Assembly: GCA_964607805.1 (NCBI GenBank)
Contig: CAZSLF010000001.1
Span: forward strand, 12,811-76,810
Direction of reading: 5' to 3'
From: an uncultured Candidatus Saccharibacteria bacterium
GTDB taxonomy: Bacteria; Patescibacteriota; Minisyncoccia; Phycocordibacterales; CAIZLB01
DNA: 64,000 bases
In this document: one piece after another, positions 44,227 through 53,032 of the stretch
Layout of the letters: each line of letters begins with the position of its first letter
How positions within the stretch are numbered: position 1 is the first letter of the stretch
The notes under the pieces: generated by a model
What the model saw: only the letters and a program-made list of their open reading frames with translations
What the model was told of the DNA's origin: nothing
Database searches by the model: none
Program-made: the position numbers and the translations under genes

Positions 44227-46149
44227 ATGAAAAATAGACAAATTCCTCTCGTAACAGGCGGACTGTTTATATTCCTCTTTGCTGTTGTACTTACCCTTTC
44301 TTTTACCCTATTCTTCCCTATTTCAAATACAGAAGCAGCGACAACACCCACACTAAGTTCCCCTATTCCCGTTCGAAAATTTATACTTGACCTCGATGCC
44401 AATACCACCGATTTAAAAACTCTCACTTCTGGCCAAAAAGTTGAAGGTCGTTTTAAAGAATATCCAAGCACACAAGTCACACCGCCAATGAACAGAAATG
44501 AAACGATAATTAAGGATTGGAAAATTAAAATTGAGAAAAAAGGAAATAGCCGAAAGATTTGTGAGCCCCTCATGTTCAATATGACATTTGATAAATTTGA
44601 TAGTAGTGGTAATAAAAAACCGCTATTCAATGGCCGTTCAACATATCCAGGATACGCAGGAAATACGACTTTAGAATATCAAGAACTCCGATTTATTCCC
44701 GATTGTGATGTTTGGAATGACTATGCTCTGTCTTTCGATGTAGGTTTCGGTGGTGCACTAAGTCCGCATATGCGTGAAGGTTTTACTCATACAATGTTTA
44801 GAAATTTTGGAATTGCAACACCCGAAATTGTAGGCTTTGCGGATATAACATTTAAATCAGCTGATCCAAAATATCACGGAAAGACTTTTAGATATATGAT
44901 TTTGCAGCGAGCAGATGAACAAGACGACCAAGTACCATTTACAAAACAATTTAACCTAAAATTACCAGTTTATGAAGAAAATTTAGACGGCCCCTATTAT
45001 AGAAGCGATTCAGGCAGCGATAGATTGAATAAAATAGTGATAATGGACAGCCTAGGAAATATCCCAGTAAACCTCAATCTAGACACGGTGAATTCTTCAA
45101 AATTGCTCATGCTTTCAGAACTAATTGGACTAAGTGATGTTTGGTTTTTAACAAATGAAAGCTATGCTACAAAAATTTCAGACAATAAAACTTTGATTAT
45201 TCCGCATAGTTTGGATTCTTCTTTTCCTTGTAGCACAGCAGCGCCCGATCATACTTGGGGCGGATATCGTAAAGGTTTAGTTAGTCCATACGACGCGGGA
45301 GTCGAGTTAGCTAGCAAAAAAATATATTATGAAGAATTTCAGAAGTTTTTTGGTGATATAAATAATTTATATGCAATGGAGCGAATTGTGAATTCCCTTC
45401 CCGGAACTCTTTCTGAAAAGAATCAAATGCAAAATTATTTGCGAATTAGATTCTATCAATTTGCTTTGTACTCAAACAGTCCGGAATTTGCCACTGTTAT
45501 GAACCAATCTTTTAAAAGTCGAACTCTCACTTTGCCGTTCGCTAGTGCCACAGATTTTCAAAGAATTTACAACTCATATTCAAAATCTTGTGATCGAAAA
45601 ATTAGTAGAAATGATGTTCAGGTCAAAGTAACTCCAACTTCTAAACTAAAATTCAATAAAGTTTTACAAGATTATTATGATTTTGGCAGTGAAAACACAG
45701 CAACGGGCGAATATGGTCTTGAAATAAGCGGCAAAGCAGAAGTTAAAATTATTAACAATGGCCCAGATCTAAAACTCAGAAAATTTAGTGTGCTTAATTT
45801 TAAACTTAAAGATAAAAATGGAAAAGTGCTAGGTTCCATGAGCAATACTTCTCGTAATACAAAACCTACAGGAACAAATGGCGAAGTTGGTATATATTAT
45901 ATTCTCCCTGCAGGAACTACTGCCACTTACCAAGTTGATCTTATCACCCAAATCCCTGGCAAATCCGCACCATACGGTACCGATATCTACATGTCCCTAG
46001 AATCCCTCGACGCGAACAACGATACAAATCTTATTATTGCTCAGCCAAATATCTCTTCGCGATTGTTTATTGCGTATCCGGCACCTGTAACTCCGACACC
46101 TGCACCGAGTATTAGTGGTGGGGTGAATAATTTGATTTTGCAGAATTAG
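44227..46149 (+). CDS. Large secreted hypothetical protein, possibly CotH-like
   Basis: 640 aa with an N-terminal signal/anchor. The segment ...LSPHMREGFTHTMFRNFGIATPEIVGFADITF...YMILQRADE loosely resembles the CotH family pattern. The ORF is solid; the family call is weak. Confidence 0.6.
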   Translation: MKNRQIPLVTGGLFIFLFAVVLTLSFTLFFPISNTEAATTPTLSSPIPVRKFILDLDANTTDLKTLTSGQKVEGRFKEYPSTQVTPPMNRNETIIKDWKIKIEKKGNSRKICEPLMFNMTFDKFDSSGNKKPLFNGRSTYPGYAGNTTLEYQELRFIPDCDVWNDYALSFDVGFGGALSPHMREGFTHTMFRNFGIATPEIVGFADITFKSADPKYHGKTFRYMILQRADEQDDQVPFTKQFNLKLPVYEENLDGPYYRSDSGSDRLNKIVIMDSLGNIPVNLNLDTVNSSKLLMLSELIGLSDVWFLTNESYATKISDNKTLIIPHSLDSSFPCSTAAPDHTWGGYRKGLVSPYDAGVELASKKIYYEEFQKFFGDINNLYAMERIVNSLPGTLSEKNQMQNYLRIRFYQFALYSNSPEFATVMNQSFKSRTLTLPFASATDFQRIYNSYSKSCDRKISRNDVQVKVTPTSKLKFNKVLQDYYDFGSENTATGEYGLEISGKAEVKIINNGPDLKLRKFSVLNFKLKDKNGKVLGSMSNTSRNTKPTGTNGEVGIYYILPAGTTATYQVDLITQIPGKSAPYGTDIYMSLESLDANNDTNLIIAQPNISSRLFIAYPAPVTPTPAPSISGGVNNLILQN

Positions 46150-46706
46150 TCTTTTAAAGACTCAGCAAACTCCTCCAAATTACTTCCCACCAGTACCGCA
46201 TTCGCTCCTTCCTTAATATCCCCAACTGTACGAATATTACTAGCCTGGCATAACCAACCTTTAAATATTTGACGGGCATCCTCAAATTTTTCTTCTTTCA
46301 CACTTCCATCCGACAAATCCCTACTATTCCAAACTACTTTAATATTTTCTTTAATATTTTTTATCTCATTAAGCTCAGCCAAATTTAAAACTTCAATTAA
46401 ACATTTTTCTAAATGAACAGCAGGAACTCTACCAACAACTAAAACAAGATCTGCACCATTATCAATAGCTTTTACAATTTCTTCATCTGAAGCATGAATC
46501 CCTTTTGCCAGAATTGGCTTGTCAGTCAGCGACCGAGCTTTTTTAATTAAATCAAAAGATCCTCCCCATCGCGGATCTGTGTGAATAGAAATTACATCTC
46601 CAATTTCATTTGCAATATTAAAAAGTTCGTCCCAATTTTTTTCAGATTTATATCCAAAAGGAGAATGTGTTTTCACCTCCGCAAATATTTGAGTATTCTT
46701 ATACAT
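46146..46706 (-). CDS. Indole-3-glycerol-phosphate synthase-like (TrpC family) TIM-barrel protein, short
   Basis: Aligns by eye to E. coli TrpC(IGPS) blocks: IFAEVKTHSPFG (EFKKASPSKG), ISIHTDPRWGGSF (ISVLTDEKYFQGSF), PILAKG (PILCKDF), IEV (TEV), NSRDL (NNRDL), AVLVGSNL (GFLIGSAL). 186 aa. Its stop overlaps the convergent gene by 4 nt. Confidence 0.55.
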   Translation of the reverse strand: MYKNTQIFAEVKTHSPFGYKSEKNWDELFNIANEIGDVISIHTDPRWGGSFDLIKKARSLTDKPILAKGIHASDEEIVKAIDNGADLVLVVGRVPAVHLEKCLIEVLNLAELNEIKNIKENIKVVWNSRDLSDGSVKEEKFEDARQIFKGWLCQASNIRTVGDIKEGANAVLVGSNLEEFAESLKD

Positions 46707-46752
46707 GTATTTGGATAATGGAACCTAGGCAAGCTAGGTCATTTTAAAACTG

Positions 46753-46825
46753 TGGGCGATACAGGATTCGAACCTGTGACCTTGCGAACGTCAATCGAAC
46801 GCTCTACCAACTGAGCTAATCGCCC
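46753..46825 (-). tRNA. tRNA-Val (anticodon GAC)
   Basis: Acceptor GGGCGAT/ATCGCCC, D arm GCTC-AGTTGGTA-GAGC, anticodon arm TTCGA-TTGACGT-TCGCA (one T/C mismatch), T arm ACAGG-TTCGAAT-CCTGT, discriminator A. No CCA. Confidence 0.85.
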
Positions 46826-46908
46826 CTTTGTGCACGAAATTATACTACCAAATTATTCTAATCTTGCCACGCAAGACCATTCTCAAAATTTTGACGCGTA
46901 TATAGCTT

Positions 46909-47859
46909 TTACCACCCACCACTACTTCCTCCTCCACCTGAAGATCCTCCTCCAAATCCTCCACCTCCACCGAAACCTCCGCTACCTCCTCCACCCCAAT
47001 TTGTTCCTGTGCCACCTCCTACCCACCATGGGTGATTGCTCCCTTTCTTTTTACTTGCTTGATATGTTTTTGATACAACAAAATCAAAGAGGAAACCAAA
47101 GACAGTTAGGAGAGCCGTGATAATTGCACCAACTAAAAGTGTCATTCCAAAAACTGAAATTACTGTTAGTACAGCACCAACTACAAAACCAAGTATTCCA
47201 CCAAACCACCAAGATTTAGATCGTCCAAGAATAGATGCTACCCACTGAATTGCAATTACACCGAAGAAAAATATGAATCCGAGAATTGGTTCATTCAAGG
47301 GAATTCCAAAACCTTTTTTCTCTGCTTCTGGAGTTGCGACATATTCACCTTTTGTTGCGGCGATAATTCCCTCGGCACCAAGTGAAATTCCTTCATAATA
47401 ATTTCCACTTTGAAAAGCTGGAGTAATATCGCGACGAATAATATATGCCGCAGTTGCGTCGGGTAGTGCACCCTCAAGACCATAACCAGTTTCAATTCGC
47501 ATCTTTCTATCGTCGAGTGCGATTAGTAGAAGCACACCATTGTCTTTTACGCTATCACCAATTCCCCATTCTTTAAATAACTTTTCTGCATAAGTTTCAA
47601 TTGTCTCGTCTCCAAGAGTTTTAATTGTGACAATGGCGATCTCGTTTGTAGTCTCAGTCTTAAACTGCGACAATCTATTTTCCAGAGATGTTTTTTCATC
47701 CCACTTTAGGATATTTGCAAAGTCATTTACATATCCTGTTGCAACTCCTGGTGAAGTATATGCTTCCGCCGTCTTTATATTTAGCGATCCAATTCCGCCA
47801 AAAAATCCTAAAATTGTCGCGAGTGATGCAAGTACAATTCCGGTCGCAATTACTTTCAT
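46909..47859 (-). CDS. TPM-domain protein (YgcG-like) with C-terminal TM helices and a Gly-rich tail
   Basis: YVNDFANIL...EIAIVTIKTLGDETIETYAEKLFKEWGIGDSVKDNGVLLLIALDDRKMRIETGYGLEGALPD is the TPM pattern. The tail is GGGGSGGFGGGGGFGGGSSGGGGSSGGW. Confidence 0.8.
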   Translation of the reverse strand: MKVIATGIVLASLATILGFFGGIGSLNIKTAEAYTSPGVATGYVNDFANILKWDEKTSLENRLSQFKTETTNEIAIVTIKTLGDETIETYAEKLFKEWGIGDSVKDNGVLLLIALDDRKMRIETGYGLEGALPDATAAYIIRRDITPAFQSGNYYEGISLGAEGIIAATKGEYVATPEAEKKGFGIPLNEPILGFIFFFGVIAIQWVASILGRSKSWWFGGILGFVVGAVLTVISVFGMTLLVGAIITALLTVFGFLFDFVVSKTYQASKKKGSNHPWWVGGGTGTNWGGGGSGGFGGGGGFGGGSSGGGGSSGGW

Positions 47860-47891
47860 ATATATTTTATCTATATTTGATCAGAATTTGA

Positions 47892-48476
47892 TTAAAACTT
47901 AACCGATGGAGCTGTGTCAGACCCTTCAACTGCATCGAACTGATTTTTAGCATCGAAGCCAAAAACACCAGCGAACAAGCTATTTGGAAATGTCTTTACT
48001 TTCAAGTTATATGACATAACCGCTTCATTGTAACGACCTCTTTCAGTTGAGATTCTGTTTTCAGTGCCTTCAAGCTGAGCCATGAGAGTTTGCATAGTTT
48101 CACTAGATCGGAGTTGTGGGTAGTTTTCTACAATAGCCAAAAGCCGGCCAAGAGAAGTTTCCACTTGCCCTGCAGCTGCAATCTTTTCATCTACAGTTTG
48201 AGCTCCTGCATATCCTGAACGAGCGTTTGCAAGTGCAATAAATATTTCTTGCTCCTGATTTAGCACACCTTTTACAGATTCAACCAAGTTAGGAATTAGA
48301 TCAAAACGTCGCTGATATTGCGTTTCAACCTGAGACCACTGTGTTGCAACAGCTTCGTTTGATCGTACAAGTGAGTTGTAAGATGCGATAGCCCAGAATC
48401 CCAAGATAACGGCGATGACGATAATAATCCAGATAATCTTGGCAACCCCAGCTTGTGTGTTTTTGTGCATGTACAT
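47892..48476 (-). CDS. LemA family protein
   Basis: N-terminal TM helix, then YNSLV...QVETQYQRRFDLIPNLVESVKG...ARSGY...NYPQLRS...E, the LemA pattern. Paired with the downstream TPM gene, as is common. Confidence 0.85.
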   Translation of the reverse strand: MYMHKNTQAGVAKIIWIIIVIAVILGFWAIASYNSLVRSNEAVATQWSQVETQYQRRFDLIPNLVESVKGVLNQEQEIFIALANARSGYAGAQTVDEKIAAAGQVETSLGRLLAIVENYPQLRSSETMQTLMAQLEGTENRISTERGRYNEAVMSYNLKVKTFPNSLFAGVFGFDAKNQFDAVEGSDTAPSVKF

Positions 48477-48545
48477 AGTTTTAGTTAATTTAAGTTATTT
48501 TTGGTAAATGGCTTCTAAATAGCTTTAGAGGGTTATTATATCTCA

Positions 48546-49145
48546 TTACTTAAAGTTTTGGAATTGGGCGTTTTGGGGTTTTGTGAGATCAGTCCAGATA
48601 AAGTTTATGCCCATTTCCCTTAATATTTCAACAGGATTATCAATCCTCTCAATTTTATACGGAATGATATTTTCCATGATGATCACTTCCAAATCTCCTA
48701 ATCCTTCTTTATGTGAGAATTTCTCTTTTTCAAAATAAAATAAATATCCCCCATCGCCATACAATTTTTCAAGGCTTTCTTCAAGGCTACTATGACCCAT
48801 TATCTCAATTTCCTTTTTATTTTCATATAAACTAACGCCCATATTGTAATAACATAGCTTGTCACCTAGCTCGAAAGTTTTTGGTGCATATGTATATGCC
48901 AGAGCTATCCACTTATATGGCGTCGCATGGAAAGATACTTTATCAAAAGTCACATTTTTAGTTCCATCCTTTTGCACTTTTATTCGTCTATTTCTTTTCG
49001 GCTGGACAAGATCGAATTTCTCATGAGAACCATGAAAAACGTATTTTTCATCTTGCTCCCCGTCGTCTAATTTATCGAGTTTATGCATATACATATAATA
49101 TGCTAAATATTGATTTTTGCCCAAAATTATGTAGAATTTAGCCAT
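48546..49145 (-). CDS. Hypothetical protein
   Basis: 199-aa AT-rich ORF with no secure motif. The start may be an internal Met (MYMHKLDKL). Confidence 0.6.
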   Translation of the reverse strand: MAKFYIILGKNQYLAYYMYMHKLDKLDDGEQDEKYVFHGSHEKFDLVQPKRNRRIKVQKDGTKNVTFDKVSFHATPYKWIALAYTYAPKTFELGDKLCYYNMGVSLYENKKEIEIMGHSSLEESLEKLYGDGGYLFYFEKEKFSHKEGLGDLEVIIMENIIPYKIERIDNPVEILREMGINFIWTDLTKPQNAQFQNFK

Positions 49146-49191
49146 TCAGTCATATTTATAGCTTTTAAGGCTTAAATAAGCCCGGATACTT

Positions 49192-49263
49192 GGCCCTATC
49201 GTCTATCGGTTAGGACATCACGTTTTCAATGTGAGAAGCAGGGTTCGACTCCCTGTAGGGTCA
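49192..49263 (+). tRNA. tRNA-Glu (anticodon TTC)
   Basis: Acceptor GGCCCTA/TAGGGTC, anticodon arm TCACG-TTTTCAA-TGTGA, T arm CAGGG-TTCGACT-CCCTG, discriminator A. No CCA. Confidence 0.88.
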
Positions 49264-49309
49264 CACAAATAAAAAACACCAACCTGCGTTGGTGTTTTTT
49301 ATTTGTGTG
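49264..49309 (+). terminator. Long perfect hairpin with a T-run after tRNA-Glu
   Basis: cacacaaataaaaaacaccaac (49262-49283) / gttggtgttttttatttgtgtg (49288-49309). It overlaps the last 2 nt of the tRNA. Confidence 0.7.
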
Positions 49310-49311
49310 AC

Positions 49312-49402
49312 GGCCGGAGCCATGTTTTTTCAGCAGAAAAAACGGGCGAGGCGGTGTCGCGGAAATTTCTGAGCGACGGCGAGGAAATTATCTGTGACCA
49401 CA
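49312..49402 (+). repeat. tRNA-linked structured element, copy E4 (downstream of tRNA-Glu)
   Basis: GGCCGGAGCC box, hairpin UUUUUU/AAAAAA (49325-49330/49337-49342), GGGCGAGGCGG, helix GUCGC/GUGAC (49356-49360/49394-49398), and hairpin GGAAAUUUC/GAAAUU-A-UCU (49361-49369/49384-49393). It is nearly colinear with E3. Confidence 0.65.
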
Positions 49403-49490
49403 AAGGTATAAAGCCCATTTTTCAAACCTAAACGAAATTTAGCGTTTATTCTTCCGCCTATTTTTGAAAAGTAAAAGTTCTAAAAAATAC

Positions 49491-49519
49491 TGGACAATGA
49501 CACAAATATATTGTATTAT
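49491..49519 (+). promoter_or_regulatory. Sigma70-like promoter
   Basis: TGGACA at 49491-49496, 17-nt spacer, TATTAT at 49514-49519. Confidence 0.5.
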
Positions 49520-49602
49520 TCTTTTCAGAAGCTCTCTAAAGTATTGGTTGAAACCGATCAGCTTCTCGTCAGAGAAACCTAAATTACGAAGGAATTACCA
49601 CA

Positions 49603-50067
49603 ATGACCACAGAAGACCAAGAAATGCTTGAGCAACTGAGTGATCAGAACATGCTCCATATGCAGCAAGGTGAGCAGCTCCGCTACATCCTCGAGTGGCT
49701 CTTCAAGGATACAGATATGCTTGTTGACGGCACCACTAAGGCGCAAGTTGACAAGATGACCCAATTCAAGAAGATCGAACTCCTCGAGCGGCTGTGGGAG
49801 CACCCCGATATGATTGGCCACCCTATGCTGCGCGACATCGGCCAATTCGTAGAGGAAATCAAACCCCACAAGGACGGTTTCCGCACAGCTGACGACTATG
49901 AGTCACCCTCAACTGAGTTGATGCTCGGACAATGTCTCCATTGCAACTGGAGTCAGCTGATTCACTACTGTCCTGGCAACGAGGAGAGCGAACGTCAAGC
50001 GGTCGAAAATCTCCAGCAAGCCCACAACGATCGCGGCGTATGCAACAACATCATCACCTACTCTTGA
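49603..50067 (+). CDS. Hypothetical acidic protein with a C-terminal Cys cluster (GC-richer cassette)
   Basis: 154 aa. CLHCNWSQLIHYCPGN...GVCNN could be a metal-binding cluster. Overlapping ORFs on other frames are attributed to local GC richness. Confidence 0.6.
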   Translation: MTTEDQEMLEQLSDQNMLHMQQGEQLRYILEWLFKDTDMLVDGTTKAQVDKMTQFKKIELLERLWEHPDMIGHPMLRDIGQFVEEIKPHKDGFRTADDYESPSTELMLGQCLHCNWSQLIHYCPGNEESERQAVENLQQAHNDRGVCNNIITYS

Positions 50068-50232
50068 TTCAGGAAGGTGAGCAGCGATTACTACAGCTCG
50101 CCCCAGTGCGACCAACGAAAACTCGTTCGTCGACATTGGTGGCGGGTTTTTCTTTTAATAAATTATTTCTGATGACTGTTGAATCGATAGTTCTATATAA
50201 TTTCACTCTCAATTAGTATATAATTTACTCAA

Positions 50233-50595
50233 ATGAATATAGCAAATATTGCACTCCTACTATCCCCTTTCTTAGCATCTCTTGCTTTATCTTTTTATTG
50301 GTCAAGAAAACTCATTAAAGAGAAAGTATTTAAGAAAATACTTTGGAAGTTCCCTTTGTATACATTAGGTTCATCTTTAATTGTGATATTGGTTGGTGAA
50401 ATAATATTTTATTCCTTGCTGTTTTTAGATCTACTTGGATCAAGCCCTTTAGAAGGAGGCCCTCTTGAGATCGTATGGATACCATTTCTGTTTTGGAATA
50501 TTATATTGAGTATTATTATTGCAATAATTACTTCAAGCATTTTATACTTTAAAACCAAGAAGAGAGATGTGAATGTTGTGAACATCACACATTAA
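50233..50595 (+). CDS. Small membrane protein
   Basis: 120 aa, 3-4 TM helices, AT-rich. Confidence 0.6.
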   Translation: MNIANIALLLSPFLASLALSFYWSRKLIKEKVFKKILWKFPLYTLGSSLIVILVGEIIFYSLLFLDLLGSSPLEGGPLEIVWIPFLFWNIILSIIIAIITSSILYFKTKKRDVNVVNITH

Positions 50596-50609
50596 GTTAT
50601 AATTTAGCC

Positions 50610-50927
50610 ATGAATAAATCATCTTCTCAATATTGGTTATGGGGTGGAATTAGCGGACTTGTTATTGGCGCAGTCCTCTCCGGAATATTATTTGTCATAG
50701 CTTTTGCTGTGCATGATATTAGCGACGCCTTTGGGCCATTAGCAGAAAATATATTTGACTTCTTTGCATATGCGCTTCTGATTACGCCATTATCAAATGA
50801 AGGATTCTCTTTCAACATATCCTTGGTGATTTCAGCAGCTTGGGTCTTTTTAATTGGAGCAGTTCTGGGTTGGATATATGGAAAATTGTATAACCGAGTG
50901 AAGATTGTAAAGAAGAATGTGAACTAG
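50610..50927 (+). CDS. Small membrane protein
   Basis: 105 aa, 3 TM helices, AT-rich. Confidence 0.6.
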   Translation: MNKSSSQYWLWGGISGLVIGAVLSGILFVIAFAVHDISDAFGPLAENIFDFFAYALLITPLSNEGFSFNISLVISAAWVFLIGAVLGWIYGKLYNRVKIVKKNVN

Positions 50928-50960
50928 TAGCTATTCTAGAAATATATTAAAATTAGCAAT

Positions 50961-51353
50961 ATGAAAAAAAATCTATCATTTGCGAAGATAATATCCATCT
51001 TTGCAATATTCACACTGATTAACACCAGCTCCGCTTTTGCTTGCAGTCCACCGTACCGTGAACCTGGATATGTTGAGCCTCGACCTTCAGTAATAGATAT
51101 GCTTTTAACAGCGAAATTCGTTGACCAAGCTACATGTAGTTCATTCGGTACTAATCTTACACTTCTCAGCCGAGGTATTTTAATTGCTTTAGCAATTGCG
51201 TTATTCTTTAGCTTTAGGCATTTCAAAAAGAAAATTATAGGAAATGCAATTAGAAGAATAATACTAACTTTTCATATTATATTTATAGCACTGCTTCTTG
51301 TATTAGCATTGTTACCTTTAGACTTAGATTCTCTATACTATTTATTTTTTTAA
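50961..51353 (+). CDS. Small secreted/membrane protein
   Basis: 130 aa with a signal-like N-terminus (IFAIFTLINTSSAFAC, possible lipobox-like Cys) and two C-terminal TM helices. Confidence 0.55.
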   Translation: MKKNLSFAKIISIFAIFTLINTSSAFACSPPYREPGYVEPRPSVIDMLLTAKFVDQATCSSFGTNLTLLSRGILIALAIALFFSFRHFKKKIIGNAIRRIILTFHIIFIALLLVLALLPLDLDSLYYLFF

Positions 51354-51367
51354 ATTCTAAGTAAACC

Positions 51368-51393
51368 TTGACATGTCTCAATCCGTGTATTAT
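51368..51393 (+). promoter_or_regulatory. Candidate promoter
   Basis: TTGACA at 51368-51373 and TATTAT at 51388-51393, but the spacer is only 14 nt, so geometry is suboptimal. Confidence 0.35.
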
Positions 51394-51487
51394 CGTACCC
51401 TCAGATTAATTTCAGCAAATCACCCCAAAGTACCACACAAACCACAACCACGCTGCCAAACAGCAAAACAGAAAAAGAAACTGAACC

Positions 51488-52375
51488 ATGAGCACCACCC
51501 TAGCACCCGCGCCTACCAGCACCCTGGTCACCTACCCAATAGTCGCAGCCCTTATCGGCGCTGAAAAGGAACTTGGAAAGGATCGAATCTGGAGGATAAT
51601 CAATGATCAACAGGGAGAGTTTCTCAGGAAATTCTTCCTTGGAAGTCGAGGAGAAGTCGAAACAATTCCCGAAATTGAAACGAGGGTTTCCAGAGAAGCC
51701 GAGACACTGAATGATTTCCTCCGCGAACGTGGATTTTCAATTCAACTGGATAAATTCACTGCACCCGACGATTTTGGGGTTGTTAGCATCCTCGAACTTG
51801 TTTTGGACTGGCTGACTCCTGGTTGGAAGACGTCTGTCCGCTCTCAAACCGACAACAAGGATTACCCTGCTGTTGAGATGAGGGAAAGTATTTCCTTCTT
51901 TACTGTCGCGGGGTTCAATGATCCTGTGGCAGCAATCCAAACCAAAACTGAAGATGTAGTCTATCTCACCGTACCAAGAAACGACGTGACCGAGACAGAA
52001 CTGGACAGCGTAGCTGAGACTACTCTGAGATTAATGACTCCCTGCTTCAACTATGACAAGCTGGTATTCCCCATGATCGATCTTGACATGGAATTGGATA
52101 TCACCTGGCTCCAAGGAATGTTCACTTTTGATGAAGATGACGTGATAGCAGTTATCAGGCAGGCTCTCCAGCAAACCCTTTTCAAAATGGACGAGATTGG
52201 AGCAATTGTCAAAAGCGCCGTCGCCATCAGCGCTGTACGATGCAGCATAAGTCAACCGAAGGAAACGTTCACCATCGACAAACCTTTCCTCGCAATCGTT
52301 GTGAGGCCAAGTCTCAAAAAGCCACTTTTCGTTGGCTATCTCAATACCGATTGCTGGGCCAAGCCGAATCGGTAA
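51488..52375 (+). CDS. Short serpin-like protein (GC-richer cassette)
   Basis: The C-terminus MDEIGAIVKSAVAISAVRCSISQPKETFTIDKPFLAIVVRPSLKKPLFVGYLN matches the serpin hinge / reactive-loop / F..D.PFLF.I......LF.G pattern. At 295 aa it is ~100 aa shorter than canonical serpins. Confidence 0.5.
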   Translation: MSTTLAPAPTSTLVTYPIVAALIGAEKELGKDRIWRIINDQQGEFLRKFFLGSRGEVETIPEIETRVSREAETLNDFLRERGFSIQLDKFTAPDDFGVVSILELVLDWLTPGWKTSVRSQTDNKDYPAVEMRESISFFTVAGFNDPVAAIQTKTEDVVYLTVPRNDVTETELDSVAETTLRLMTPCFNYDKLVFPMIDLDMELDITWLQGMFTFDEDDVIAVIRQALQQTLFKMDEIGAIVKSAVAISAVRCSISQPKETFTIDKPFLAIVVRPSLKKPLFVGYLNTDCWAKPNR

Positions 52376-52495
52376 GGTAAGCCAATTGGCCCTGCCAAAC
52401 CCACGACCCTACGCGCTCCCCCTATTTTTAGGGGGGAGAGATGCGGGGGTTTTTGTTTTTTTAAATTCAACCACGAATTTTGATATACTACCCAT

Positions 52496-52936
52496 ATGGA
52501 AACTAAAAAGATGGGTTGTGGCTTCGGAGTCATGATACTCAAAGATAATAAAATTTTGCTTGGTCAGCGACATGTTGATCCAGAAAAAGCCAGTAGTCTT
52601 ATGAATGGCGAAGGCACGTGGACAATGCCCGGAGGTAAATTAGATTTTGGTGAAAGTTTCGAGGAAGGTGCCATGCGCGAAGTTATGGAAGAAACCGGAA
52701 TTGAAATTAAAAAAGAAGATTTAAAAGTGATAAGTCTGACTAACGATATTGTGCCAACCGCGCATTTTGTAACCATCGGACTTCTATGCACAAATTTTAA
52801 AGGCGATGCAAAAGTTATGGAACCCGACGAGATCACACAGTGGCAGTGGTTCGATTTGGAAAATTTACCTACGCCTCTTTTTAAACCTAGTGAAAAGATA
52901 GTTAAGAATTATTTAGATAATGTATTTTATCGATAG
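52496..52936 (+). CDS. NUDIX hydrolase
   Basis: Nudix box GGKLDFGESFEEGAMREVMEETGIE. The start may be the internal MGCGFGV. Confidence 0.88.
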   Translation: METKKMGCGFGVMILKDNKILLGQRHVDPEKASSLMNGEGTWTMPGGKLDFGESFEEGAMREVMEETGIEIKKEDLKVISLTNDIVPTAHFVTIGLLCTNFKGDAKVMEPDEITQWQWFDLENLPTPLFKPSEKIVKNYLDNVFYR

Positions 52937-52945
52937 CACAAAATC

Positions 52946-52975
52946 TTGACACTGTGTCACAAAACGTGATATATA
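52946..52975 (+). promoter_or_regulatory. Sigma70-like promoter
   Basis: TTGACA at 52946-52951, 17-18 nt spacer, ATATAT/TATATA at 52969-52975. Confidence 0.55.
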
Positions 52976-53032
52976 AATAACAGACCCCCACAACGAAACA
53001 ACAAACCAGACATACAGTCGATTAGAATACGA

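Noticed and set aside
46909-47010. The cctcc/ccacc-rich repetitive DNA as a repeat array
   Set aside because: It encodes the Gly/Ser-rich C-terminal tail of the TPM-domain protein on the minus strand. There is no spacer-repeat periodicity.
48546-49145. An ADP-ribosyltransferase-like (H-Y-E) reading of the 199-aa protein (VFHGS ... SLYE)
   Set aside because: It rests on two short, common tripeptide-scale matches. Spacing and secondary-structure context cannot be judged by eye, so it is left as hypothetical.
49579-50216. Five overlapping ORFs on both strands around 49.6-50.2 kb as overlapping genes
   Set aside because: Only 49603-50067 has a promoter, leader and terminator in the right places. 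The rest are expected from the low stop-codon frequency in a GC-rich segment.
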